A DNA stretch of 64,000 nt, from contig DASQOL010000057.1 of NCBI GenBank assembly GCA_035644475.1, positions 1,042-65,041 of the forward strand, read 5' to 3'. This DNA comes from Gammaproteobacteria bacterium (GTDB lineage: Bacteria; Pseudomonadota; Gammaproteobacteria; Steroidobacterales; Rariloculaceae). This document shows, piece by piece, positions 37,618-45,482 of the stretch. The translations under genes were made by a program, and so were the position numbers. Each line of letters opens with the position of its first letter. The first letter of the stretch is position 1. The notes below the pieces were generated by a model. The model searched no databases. It had not been told where the DNA came from and saw only the letters and a list, made by a program, of their open reading frames with translations.

Positions 37618-38312
37618 GCCCGCCGCAGCAGCGGCGGCCCCGCGCCGGCGGCCGCGTCCCGCCCTCGGCCGGGTTCCCCCCGATCGCGGGCTCGCGCGCC
37701 ACGATCCTCATTCTCGGCAGTTTGCCAGGACAGAAATCGCTCGAAATGGGCCAATACTATGCTCAACCCCAGAACGGCTTCTGGAGGATCATGGGGGCGC
37801 TGTTCGGCGCCGGCCCGTCGCTGCCGTACGCGGCGCGCCTCGAGCGGCTGATCGCGTGCGGCGTGGCGGTCTGGGACGTGCTCGCGGCGGGCGAGCGCGC
37901 CGGGAGCCTCGACTCGGCCATCGTCTCGGCGAGCGCCGTCGGTAACGACTTCGCCGAGTTCTTCGAACGCCACCGGGAGATCCGACGAGTTTGCTTCAAC
38001 GGGACCAAAGCCGCGCAGCTGTACAAGCGCCTCGTGATGCCGACGCTCGTGCCGCAGGTCGCGGCCCTCGACACGCGGCTGCTGCCGTCGACGAGCCCGG
38101 CACACGCCGCGCGGCCGTTCGCGGCCAAGCTGGCGCTATGGTCCGCGGCGCTGTCGGCCGCGGCGCCGGGCGCGTCGGCCGACCGGGTTGCGGAACCGCT
38201 CGCCGCGGGGTCCCCTCGGTCGACCCTCCGATCGACAGATAGCGAAGATGGACGAGTCGGCGCGAGTAGAGCGATGCCGGAACGCCGCCGCGTTCCTCGG
38301 CGCCGCGCGTGA
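37614..38312 (+). CDS. DNA-deoxyinosine glycosylase (UDG superfamily) with a C-terminal extension
   Basis: GTG start in a GTGA overlap with the mtgA stop. ILILGSLPGQKSLEMGQYYAQPQNGFW is the family signature. The frame stays open to 38312. Confidence 0.75.
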   Translation: MSPPQQRRPRAGGRVPPSAGFPPIAGSRATILILGSLPGQKSLEMGQYYAQPQNGFWRIMGALFGAGPSLPYAARLERLIACGVAVWDVLAAGERAGSLDSAIVSASAVGNDFAEFFERHREIRRVCFNGTKAAQLYKRLVMPTLVPQVAALDTRLLPSTSPAHAARPFAAKLALWSAALSAAAPGASADRVAEPLAAGSPRSTLRSTDSEDGRVGASRAMPERRRVPRRRA

Positions 38313-39096
38313 GTGGCTGCTCGCCGCTGAGGCCGAGAACAATCTGATCCTCGCGAACGCGGAGGTGATCGCCGCGACGCACGATCACCCGTTTCGCGAG
38401 CCGTTGTACTTCGCCGCGCTTTGGGATGAGGGTCGGATCGCGGGCTGCGGCGTCTGCGCGCCTCCCGACGGCCTCGAGCTTACGGCGCTGCCGCCGGGCG
38501 CGGCGCGTCTGTTCGTCCCGAGCGTGGCGGAGCTGCACCCGCGGCTGGCGGCCGTCGGCGGCCCGCCGGACGCGGCGCTCGAGTTCGCGCGGGCCTGGGC
38601 GCGGGAGCGGGGCGGCGAGTGGCAGATGCGTCACCATTGGCACTGGTTTCGTCTCGACGGCGTCACGCGGCCGCGGCGCGCGCCGCCCGGGCGGTTGCGC
38701 GTCGCGGTCGTCGACGATTGGCCCACGCTCGCAGCGTGGGCGCCGCGCTACGGTCCCGAGGAGAACACACCCGTCGACGTCACGGGCCTGTTCGCGCGAC
38801 TCCTCGCGCGCGGCGCGCTGTACGTGTGGGACGACGGCGGTGCGAAGTGCGTGGTCGGCGTGTCGGGCAGAACGCGCCACGGAGCGCGCATCGCCGCCGT
38901 CTACACGCCGCCCGAGTTCCGCGCGCGCGGCTACGCGAGCAACGCGGTGGCTGCGACGTGCGAGACCGTGCTCGAGAGCGGTGTGAGGTTCTGCGTGCTC
39001 GCTGCCCATCGCGAGCCGTCCACTCAAGCCCGGATCTACCGCAGCGTCGGCTTCCGTCCGATCCGTGAGCACTTCGCGATCGACTTGGGGCTCTGA
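38248..39096 (+). CDS. GNAT-family N-acetyltransferase
   Basis: An internal ATG at 38248. The C-terminal GNAT core is IAAVYTPPEFRARGYASNAVAA. Confidence 0.75.
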   Translation: MDESARVERCRNAAAFLGAAREWLLAAEAENNLILANAEVIAATHDHPFREPLYFAALWDEGRIAGCGVCAPPDGLELTALPPGAARLFVPSVAELHPRLAAVGGPPDAALEFARAWARERGGEWQMRHHWHWFRLDGVTRPRRAPPGRLRVAVVDDWPTLAAWAPRYGPEENTPVDVTGLFARLLARGALYVWDDGGAKCVVGVSGRTRHGARIAAVYTPPEFRARGYASNAVAATCETVLESGVRFCVLAAHREPSTQARIYRSVGFRPIREHFAIDLGL

Positions 39097-39308
39097 GCGT
39101 CGGGCTCCGAGCCCTCGAGCCGGTCCCTCGTACGGGTCCAGCCTTGGTGCAAGCGGGCCCCGCGGTTGCGCCTTCACAGTGCAGGCGCGGCGCCGCGTCG
39201 GGGCTGCGCGCCGCGCCGCGCCTCGCCCCGCGCCCGCCGGCACGGCGGGGCATGCTTCTTGCAAACCGTGCGCACGGGCCAGGCCGGCCAACTTACGAGG
39301 AACCGCGA

Positions 39309-40217
39309 GTGCGCCAGAGCTCGATACGGGGCTTGCGAACCTTCTGTGTCGCCGCACGCTGCTTGTCCTTCAAGGCGGCGGCGGAAGAATTGTGCGTGAC
39401 GCCGTCGGCCGTGAGCCACCAGATCAAGGGCCTCGAGCAGCAGCTGCGCGCGCAGCTCTTCGAGCGCCGCACGCGCGAGGTCGCGCTCACCGAGATCGGC
39501 GCGGCGCTGTTCGCGCAGGTCGACCCGCTGCTCACGGAGCTCGACAACGTCACCGCGAGGTTTCTCGCGCCTAACGGCCAGCGGCGGGTTCTCAAGATCA
39601 CGCTGTTGCCGTTCTTCGCGAGCGAGATGTTCATCCCGCGGCTGTCCGCGTTCGCGGACCTGCATCGCGCGATCGACATGCGGGTCGAGACCACCGAGGC
39701 CGGCGCGTCGCATCCCGCCGCGAGCGACGCGTCGATCTTGCTGCTCCCGCACCGGCCGCCGGACGTCTGCGCGCATCCGCTGTTCACGTTGCGGCTCGCG
39801 CCGGCGTGCTCGCCCCAGCTCGCGCGAGAGCTCAAGCTCGGCGATCCGCGCGCGCTGCTCGGCGCAACGCTCATCGTGCACAAGTCGCGCTCGCACGCTT
39901 GGCAGGATTGGTTCGCGAGCATGTCCATCGCGCTGGAGCGGCCGCCGAAGGTCATTCATCTCGACAGCATGTTCGCGGTGGCGCGGGCGGCGGAGCGCGG
40001 GCTCGGCGTCGCGCTCGTGCCGATTCCGTTGTCGGGCTCGTGGTTCAGCTCGGGCGCGCTCGTGCGGCCGTGCATCGGCGAGCTCGAGACGAGCGACACC
40101 TACTACTTCGTGTATCGCAACGAGGCGGCGCAGAACCCAGACGTTTGCGCGCTGCGCGACTGGGTGATCGGCACGTTCGCGCAGCAGCGGGATGAACGCA
40201 TGTCAGCCGTTGCCTAA
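39309..40217 (+). CDS. LysR-family transcriptional regulator (GcvA-like)
   Basis: HTH LRTFCVAARCLSFKAAAEELCVTPSAVSHQIKGLE. The GTG at 39309 places the HTH at the usual distance from the N-terminus; an in-frame ATG at 39252 is an alternative start. Confidence 0.85.
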   Translation: MRQSSIRGLRTFCVAARCLSFKAAAEELCVTPSAVSHQIKGLEQQLRAQLFERRTREVALTEIGAALFAQVDPLLTELDNVTARFLAPNGQRRVLKITLLPFFASEMFIPRLSAFADLHRAIDMRVETTEAGASHPAASDASILLLPHRPPDVCAHPLFTLRLAPACSPQLARELKLGDPRALLGATLIVHKSRSHAWQDWFASMSIALERPPKVIHLDSMFAVARAAERGLGVALVPIPLSGSWFSSGALVRPCIGELETSDTYYFVYRNEAAQNPDVCALRDWVIGTFAQQRDERMSAVA

Positions 40218-40441
40218 GAACATATCGTTTGTCTCCGGCAGCGCGGATGTTTAACTTGGTGTCGCAGGAGCAGTGGAGCCAAGGATGGCTCGAAAGTCGG
40301 ATCGTTGTTTCGTTGCCCCTGGTGTCTGGATCACTGTAGTTGTCTCTTCGATCGGTGATGCACGTTGCAAAGGCCGGCAGTACTCGCTACGCCCCCCCCA
40401 GCAAGCTGCTGACTAGCACACTGCCTTTGCAACGTTCTCGG

Positions 40442-40473
40442 CCCGGCCTCGCTCGAGGCCGGGTCATTTATTC
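40442..40473 (+). terminator. GC-rich hairpin with a weak U tract (possible terminator)
   Basis: CCCGGCCTCG-CT-CGAGGCCGGG followed by TCATTTATT. It lies 225 nt past the lysR stop, so what it terminates is unclear. Confidence 0.4.
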
Positions 40474-40495
40474 GAAGCTCATCGCTGTTCCACCT

Positions 40496-41696
40496 TCGAA
40501 CTGCATCGCGGCGCTTGCCTGTGGGGTGCGAATTGCTAATCACGCCGGAAACGGCAGCGCGTAGAGGCCGCGGCAATAGCTTTGCCAGTGAAGTCGTTCG
40601 AGCACTTGCTTCGGACGCGGCACGCCGGCCGGCGTTTGTCCGCCCAGCGTCCGATGTGCACGTACGCCGTTGTAATAGGCCTTGAACGAGCCGAGCTTTC
40701 GCTCGAGATCGCGAGCGTTCCACAACGGCGTCCGATCGAGAAACTCACGGCGGACCGTTCCAATCAGCCGCTCGACGAACGGGTGCGACAACGGCACGTA
40801 AGGCACTGTCTTCACCGCCTCGATTTCCAAGATGCGCAAGTTCGCCTTCCAACGGTGAAACTCGAACAGCGGGTCATGATCGGTGCTCAGGCGCCGAGGC
40901 AATCCGCCGGAGCCCGCGATCGCTCGCGCCAGCATTCGGCAGACGGCCGCCCCGTCAGGCGCGCCGGCGTGGGCGGCAAAGCCGACGATCCGCCGCGTGC
41001 ACTGGTCCATCACGAGCATCACCCAGTGGCTCTTGAGAGCCAAGGACTCGCAGCGAAAGAGATCGACCGACCAGAGACTGTCCTTGGCGTTGCCGAGCAA
41101 CGAGAGCCAGGAAGGGCCGCCATCGCCGCGATTGGGGCGATAGTGCTTGGCGAGGACGCGGCGGACGACGTCCTTGTCGATCTCGACGTCGAACACGAGC
41201 GCGAGCTGCTCGGCGATTCGCTGGTAGCCGAAGCGCGGATTCCGGCGCTTCATCTCGACGATGGCGGCGACGATCTCGGGACAAGGTCCCTTCGGACCTG
41301 GCCGGCCGCCGCGCTTCGGGGTGAACAGCAGCCGATACTTGCGGGTCACCAAGGCTCGATGAAATCCAAGGATCGTCGAGGGCTTGAGGACGACTGCCGA
41401 TTTCAAGAGCCGAGCGCGGGTCATGAAGGTGGCGCAAGCAGCGGCGATCACTCGATCCATCGGCCGGAGATTCGGCGCGCGCTCGCGCGAACGGTTGAGA
41501 ACGATGGGCTGCTGCTTCAGCAGCAACGACTCGGCGACGACCGCGCGCACGCCCTCGGGCCGCCAGCACTTTACGAGCGTTGCTATTAGGTGAGTCGAGA
41601 GAATCGCCAGCTCGCGCATTCGGGCAATCGTAACGATCAGCGATGAGATCACAAGAGCCGAGTCAGCGTCGCAGCGAGCAGCACATGTGCGCAGTT
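40496..41696 (-). mobile_element. Insertion sequence with a DDE (rve) transposase; boundaries tentative
   Basis: Only a short inverted match was found: CGAACTGC at 40497-40504 and GCAGTTCG at 41691-41698, about 40 nt outside the ORF on each side. No clear target duplication was seen. Confidence 0.45.
40540..41652 (-). CDS. DDE-type transposase/integrase (HTH + rve core)
   Basis: 370 aa. N-terminus AESLLLKQQ...LKPSTILGFHRALVTRKYRLLF. Catalytic-core motifs WSVDLF, STDHDPLF and HPFVERLIGTVRRE. GTG at 41652 or ATG at 41619. Confidence 0.85.
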   Translation of the reverse strand: MISSLIVTIARMRELAILSTHLIATLVKCWRPEGVRAVVAESLLLKQQPIVLNRSRERAPNLRPMDRVIAAACATFMTRARLLKSAVVLKPSTILGFHRALVTRKYRLLFTPKRGGRPGPKGPCPEIVAAIVEMKRRNPRFGYQRIAEQLALVFDVEIDKDVVRRVLAKHYRPNRGDGGPSWLSLLGNAKDSLWSVDLFRCESLALKSHWVMLVMDQCTRRIVGFAAHAGAPDGAAVCRMLARAIAGSGGLPRRLSTDHDPLFEFHRWKANLRILEIEAVKTVPYVPLSHPFVERLIGTVRREFLDRTPLWNARDLERKLGSFKAYYNGVRAHRTLGGQTPAGVPRPKQVLERLHWQSYCRGLYALPFPA

Positions 41697-41706
41697 CGGT
41701 CGATTC

Positions 41707-42074
41707 CTATTGGCGCTGCGTGAGAATGTCTTTACTCATTCGCTCCAACTGATCGAGTAGCGGCGGCAAGCTGACGATGACGGTTTCCCACACGATGTCG
41801 AGGTCGATATCGAAGTATCCGTGCGCAATGCGGTTGCGCATGCCCTTCATAGGCTCTTCCAGGCGACCGCACTGTACCGCTGGGCGAATTCCGGGTATTC
41901 GTTCAGAAGTTTCGTCGCTGCCTCACCGATCACGACGAGATTCAGGATGACGGCCTGCTGCGTCCGTTTGTCGGCAACGAACGCATTCTTGTTCATCCCC
42001 TCGACGTAAGAATGGGCCAGCCGTGCCGCTTCCGCGATGTGTTCGAGGTAGTCGCCGAGACGACTCTCATTCAT
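41707..42074 (-). pseudogene. hepT: HepT (DUF86) toxin gene split by a 2-nt insertion
   Basis: The N-terminal part (75 aa) ends ..AVAWKSL*. The next frame, starting in an ATGA overlap at 41850, reads MKGMRNRIAHGYFDIDLDIVWETV.. with the RX4HXY motif. Removing the CT restores AWKSMKGMRNRIAHGY. Confidence 0.75.
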
Positions 42075-42361
42075 ATCGCCCGCGCCTGTGCTAGTACGCG
42101 ATTGCGAACCTTCAACGGCAGGTCACCTGGCACGCGCACGTCGACGCGGACGCCGAGCAGCTCTTCTAGCTCGACTTGAAGACCGCCAAGGTCGAATAAG
42201 GTCGCTCCGGGAAGCGGATCGACGAGCAGATCGAGATCGCTGCCTTCTCGATCTTGCCCTGTGGCCACGGAACCAAAGACTCGCGGGTTCGTTGCACGAA
42301 AACGATGCGTGACAGCGCGAACGGCGTCCCGATGGTTCTTCAGTGCGGTCGAGGGTTTCAT
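42071..42361 (-). CDS. mntA: MntA-type nucleotidyltransferase antitoxin
   Basis: ATG at 42361. The minimal NTase motif is FGSVATGQDREGSDLDLLVD. It overlaps hepT in an ATGA. Confidence 0.8.
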   Translation of the reverse strand: MKPSTALKNHRDAVRAVTHRFRATNPRVFGSVATGQDREGSDLDLLVDPLPGATLFDLGGLQVELEELLGVRVDVRVPGDLPLKVRNRVLAQARAI

Positions 42362-42551
42362 GGCTGTCGGCGAGATTATAGACAATCGCTGCTCTCGCGG
42401 AGTGCGAATTGCGCCTCAAACGATCAGCGCAGCGTGCCTGTGGCGAATTCCTCTTCAAACCGCTGCCGGCAGTTGAAAAAGCCCCCCCGGCAGTGAGATC
42501 GCCAGCGCTACGCCGCGAGATGGAGCGGTCCGCCGTGCCGCGGCGCCGAAG

Positions 42552-43952
42552 TCAGACCGGTGCGGGCGTCGCTGCGAGCGAGCGCTCGCGCGCGAGTGCC
42601 GGCAGCTCCAACGTCACCACCAGCCCCGGGGCGTTATCGGACAGCGTAAGCCTCCCGTGATGCTGCAACGCCACCGCCTTCACGAGCGCTAACCCCAGTC
42701 CGTTCCCTGGCTGCGACCGCGCCTGATCGAGTCGCGCGAACCGCTGCAGCACGCGCTCCCGATCGGCCTCCGGCACACCGGGCCCCGAGTCGGCCACGCG
42801 CACGAGCGCCGTGTCGTCGGTGCGCTCGAGCGTGAGTGTCACCGATCCGCCCGCCGGTGTGTACTTCACCGCATTGTCGAGCAGGTTGGTTAGCGCCTGC
42901 GCGAGCAGCTCGCGGTCGCCGAACACGTCCACCGTTGCGCGGCAGTCGCACGCCAGCGCGATCCGCTGCTCGTCGGCCGCCGCCTGATAGAGCTCGGCCA
43001 CGTCGCGCACGATCTTGCCCAAGTCCACCGCCGCGAACGCGTTGCGGTGCGCGCCCGACTCCACCCGCGCGATTCGGAGCAGCGCGTTGAACGTGTCGAG
43101 CACGTGGTCCACCTGCTGCACACACTCCGCGATGTCGTCGCGGTTCGGCCGCTCGGCCGCGGCCACCATCTCGAGCCGATTGCGTAGGCGCGTGAGCGGT
43201 CCGCGCAGGTCGTGCGCGACGCTGTCGCCTACGTGCCGCATGCCCTCGAGCAGGCTCTCGATCTGGTCGAGCATCGCGTTGATGTTCTGCGCGAGCTCGT
43301 CGTGCTCGTCATTGCCGCCGGTGCGCGGCGCACGGCGGCTCAAGTCGCCGGCCATGATCTGGCGCGTCGTGCGGTTCAGATCGGCGATCCGGCGCTGCGC
43401 GCCGCGCGCAACGAGCAGGCCGCCGAGCAGCGACAGGCCGAGCGCGAGCGGCAGGCCGTAGAACAGTGCGCGCCGGAATACCTGCTTCACGCGCGTGAGC
43501 TCGGTGGTTTCGCGGCCCACGAGCAAGCGGAAGCCGAGGCCCAAGCGGAACACCATCGCGCGCACCGGCGACTCGCGGCCCGTTGATTCGTCGCGCACGG
43601 TAAAGTCGACCCACTCGCCAGCGAAGCGGTCGAGCTCGGCCGGCCAATACGGAACGTTGCCCGCGTACTTCGTGCCGATCGCGTTCGCGAGCAGATAGAC
43701 GGAGCGCTGGTCCTCGCGGTTCATCACGCGCTCGTCGATGATCGCTTTGAGCGCGGGGAGGTCGCCTTGGCTGTACTGCTCGCGCAGGCCGTTGATCTCG
43801 GCCTCGATGACGTCGTTGGTTTGCCGCTCGATGTAGCCGAACGTGGACCAGTAGAGGAATGCGAGCAGCGCGATCGCCGACACGGTGAACAGCGCGGTGT
43901 AGGCCAGCGTGAGCTGGAACACACTCGTGCGGAACAACGTTCGCAGTCTCAT
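42552..43952 (-). CDS. Sensor histidine kinase (2 TM, HAMP, HisKA, HATPase)
   Basis: An internal ATG at 43952; the longer ORF start lies inside repeat A2. H-box DSVAHDLRGPLT, N-box LTNLLDNAVKY, G-boxes DSGPGVP and GNGLGLALV. Confidence 0.9.
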   Translation of the reverse strand: MRLRTLFRTSVFQLTLAYTALFTVSAIALLAFLYWSTFGYIERQTNDVIEAEINGLREQYSQGDLPALKAIIDERVMNREDQRSVYLLANAIGTKYAGNVPYWPAELDRFAGEWVDFTVRDESTGRESPVRAMVFRLGLGFRLLVGRETTELTRVKQVFRRALFYGLPLALGLSLLGGLLVARGAQRRIADLNRTTRQIMAGDLSRRAPRTGGNDEHDELAQNINAMLDQIESLLEGMRHVGDSVAHDLRGPLTRLRNRLEMVAAAERPNRDDIAECVQQVDHVLDTFNALLRIARVESGAHRNAFAAVDLGKIVRDVAELYQAAADEQRIALACDCRATVDVFGDRELLAQALTNLLDNAVKYTPAGGSVTLTLERTDDTALVRVADSGPGVPEADRERVLQRFARLDQARSQPGNGLGLALVKAVALQHHGRLTLSDNAPGLVVTLELPALARERSLAATPAPV

Positions 43953-43969
43953 CGCATTGAGTTGGCGAA

Positions 43970-44060
43970 GAGGAAAAATAGGGACATGTTGCATTTTCGG
44001 CGACCCGCCGAGGCTCGTCGCGCGCGTCGTCGAAAATGCAACATGTCCCTATTTTTCCTC
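43970..44060. repeat. Family A palindromic element, copy A2, between the response regulator and kinase genes
   Basis: 34-nt arms GAGGAAAAATAGGGACATGTTGCATTTTCGGCGA and TCGTCGAAAATGCAACATGTCCCTATTTTTCCTC match at 33 of 34 positions, with a 23-nt spacer. Confidence 0.9.
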
Positions 44061-44736
44061 AGGCGTCCAGCCGATAACCTACACCGCGCACGGTGTGCAG
44101 CAAAGGCCGGTCGAAGCCGCGGTCGATCTTCGAGCGCAGGCGGCTCACGTGCACGTCGATCACGTTCGTCTGCGGGTCGAAGTGATAGTCCCACACGCCC
44201 TCGAGCAGCATGGTGCGGGTGACCACCTGGCCCGCGTGCCGCAGCAAAAACTCCAGCAGCTGGAACTCGCGCGGCTGCAAGTCGATGAGCTCGCTGCCGC
44301 GGCGCACTTCGCGCCGCAGCAGGTCCATCTCGAGGTCGGCGGCCTTGAGCACGGTGGAGGGCGCGTCGCCGCCGGTCTTCGCGCGGCGGTCGAGCGCCTC
44401 GAGCCGCGCGAGCAGCTCGCTGAAGGCGAACGGTTTCACGAGGTAGTCGTCGCCGCCGGCCTTGAGCCCCTTGACGCGGTCGTCGACCTCGCCCAAGGCG
44501 CTCAGGATCAATACAGGTGTGGAATCTTGCGACGCGCGCAGCGTGCGGATCAGCGTGAGCCCGTCGACTCCCGGCAGCATCCGGTCGACGACCAGCACGT
44601 CGTAGTCCTCGGTGGTGGCGAGAAACAGGCCGTCTTTGCCGTTGTCGGCATGGTCGACGTTGTAGCCGGCCTGCGCCAGTCCGTTGCGAATGAACGAGGC
44701 GACATCCTTGTCGTCCTCGATGACCAAAATACGCAC
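44059..44736 (-). CDS. OmpR-family response regulator
   Basis: 225 aa. REC (MRILVIEDD, VLVVDRMLPGVDG, DDYLVKPF) plus a winged-helix domain (LQPREFQLLEFLLRH...VRGVGYRL). Confidence 0.95.
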   Translation of the reverse strand: MRILVIEDDKDVASFIRNGLAQAGYNVDHADNGKDGLFLATTEDYDVLVVDRMLPGVDGLTLIRTLRASQDSTPVLILSALGEVDDRVKGLKAGGDDYLVKPFAFSELLARLEALDRRAKTGGDAPSTVLKAADLEMDLLRREVRRGSELIDLQPREFQLLEFLLRHAGQVVTRTMLLEGVWDYHFDPQTNVIDVHVSRLRSKIDRGFDRPLLHTVRGVGYRLDA

Positions 44737-44829
44737 GCCGCTCTAGACCTCGCTCGTTGCCGGACGCGGCGCCTCTCGGGCGGGACGTCGCGTCCTTCGA
44801 TCATGACCAGTGCGGCGTGGCGTGGCGGC

Positions 44830-45273
44830 TCAGCTCGCCCGAGTCGTGAGAGCCTTCGCCTCGTCGCGTGTCAGTTTGAAGATCCCGTGAATAGGGTAAC
44901 GGAAGCCGCGCACTTGTACCGCGTCGAACCTCGCATATACCCGGTTGCCGACGGACGTCAAGCCGATCGCCTGCGCGAACCGCAAGTCGTGGCTCGGGAA
45001 CGAGAGCTCCACGAGATACGCCTGCCACGGCGTGGTCCACACAACTACGGTGTCGTCGTCGATCGCGTGCCAGCTATACGGACGCGTGAGAAGCGCAAAG
45101 CTGTCGACCTCCTCGCCCACGCCTTGGCCCGGCTCCACGTTGGCAGCGGCGGCATTGGCGTGATTGTTCGCGGGCCTCGCGAGCGAAGCCGTGCTGAAGG
45201 CCGCAGCCAACGCCAACGCGGCGATCGCCACTGCGCCGCGCTTGGTCCATCTGTTCAGATCGGAAAGTTCCAT
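44830..45273 (-). CDS. Small secreted protein, DUF6491-like
   Basis: 147 aa with a signal peptide (AVAIAALALAAAFSTASLA). The layout W..ID..T..VW......YLVEL...C/S..L..A..IG resembles DUF6491 as I recall it. Confidence 0.55.
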   Translation of the reverse strand: MELSDLNRWTKRGAVAIAALALAAAFSTASLARPANNHANAAAANVEPGQGVGEEVDSFALLTRPYSWHAIDDDTVVVWTTPWQAYLVELSFPSHDLRFAQAIGLTSVGNRVYARFDAVQVRGFRYPIHGIFKLTRDEAKALTTRAS

Positions 45274-45405
45274 GGTCGTCTCCTAATTGCCCGCTGAAGC
45301 CTCACTCCTCAGTGTTCTTTCAGCGTGGACTCCACCTTATTCCCATAGACCTGAACGGCTCATTAATACCCCGAATATCAATGTCCGAGCATTACGAAAA
45401 AGTAG

Positions 45406-45432
45406 GGAACTCGTGAGCCCCCGTTAATCCGC
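45406..45432 (+). promoter_or_regulatory. Candidate RpoE/ECF-type promoter upstream of the Do-family protease gene
   Basis: GGAACT-N16-TCCGC, about 50 nt upstream of the ATG at 45483. This is only a partial match to GGAACTT-N16-TCnnA. Confidence 0.3.
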
Positions 45433-45482
45433 TGCGGCGTAGCTTTGCCTTCCATGATGCGAATCAGCGAAGGAGACTCGCG

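Noticed and set aside
40359-40435. An integron attC site or cassette array, considered because a TA module lies next to repeats.
   Set aside because: The stem ends read GTTGC...GCAAC. That is the reverse of the RYYYAAC...GTTRRRY arrangement of attC. No integron integrase or attI is present in the window.
40340-40564. Small ORFs in the islet (40340..40564(+) and 40331..40723(-)) and inside the palindromic elements (for example 43949..44194, and the 5' ends of 50080..51213).
   Set aside because: They have no SD sequence, odd composition and span non-coding hairpins or the transposase 3' end. They are most likely artefacts.
45396-45415. GAAAAAGTAGGGAACTCGTG upstream of the protease gene resembles the family A terminus GAAAAATAGGGACATGTTG.
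   Set aside because: The similarity is limited to about 12 nt with no inverted partner nearby. It is more simply read as part of a candidate GGAACT promoter element.
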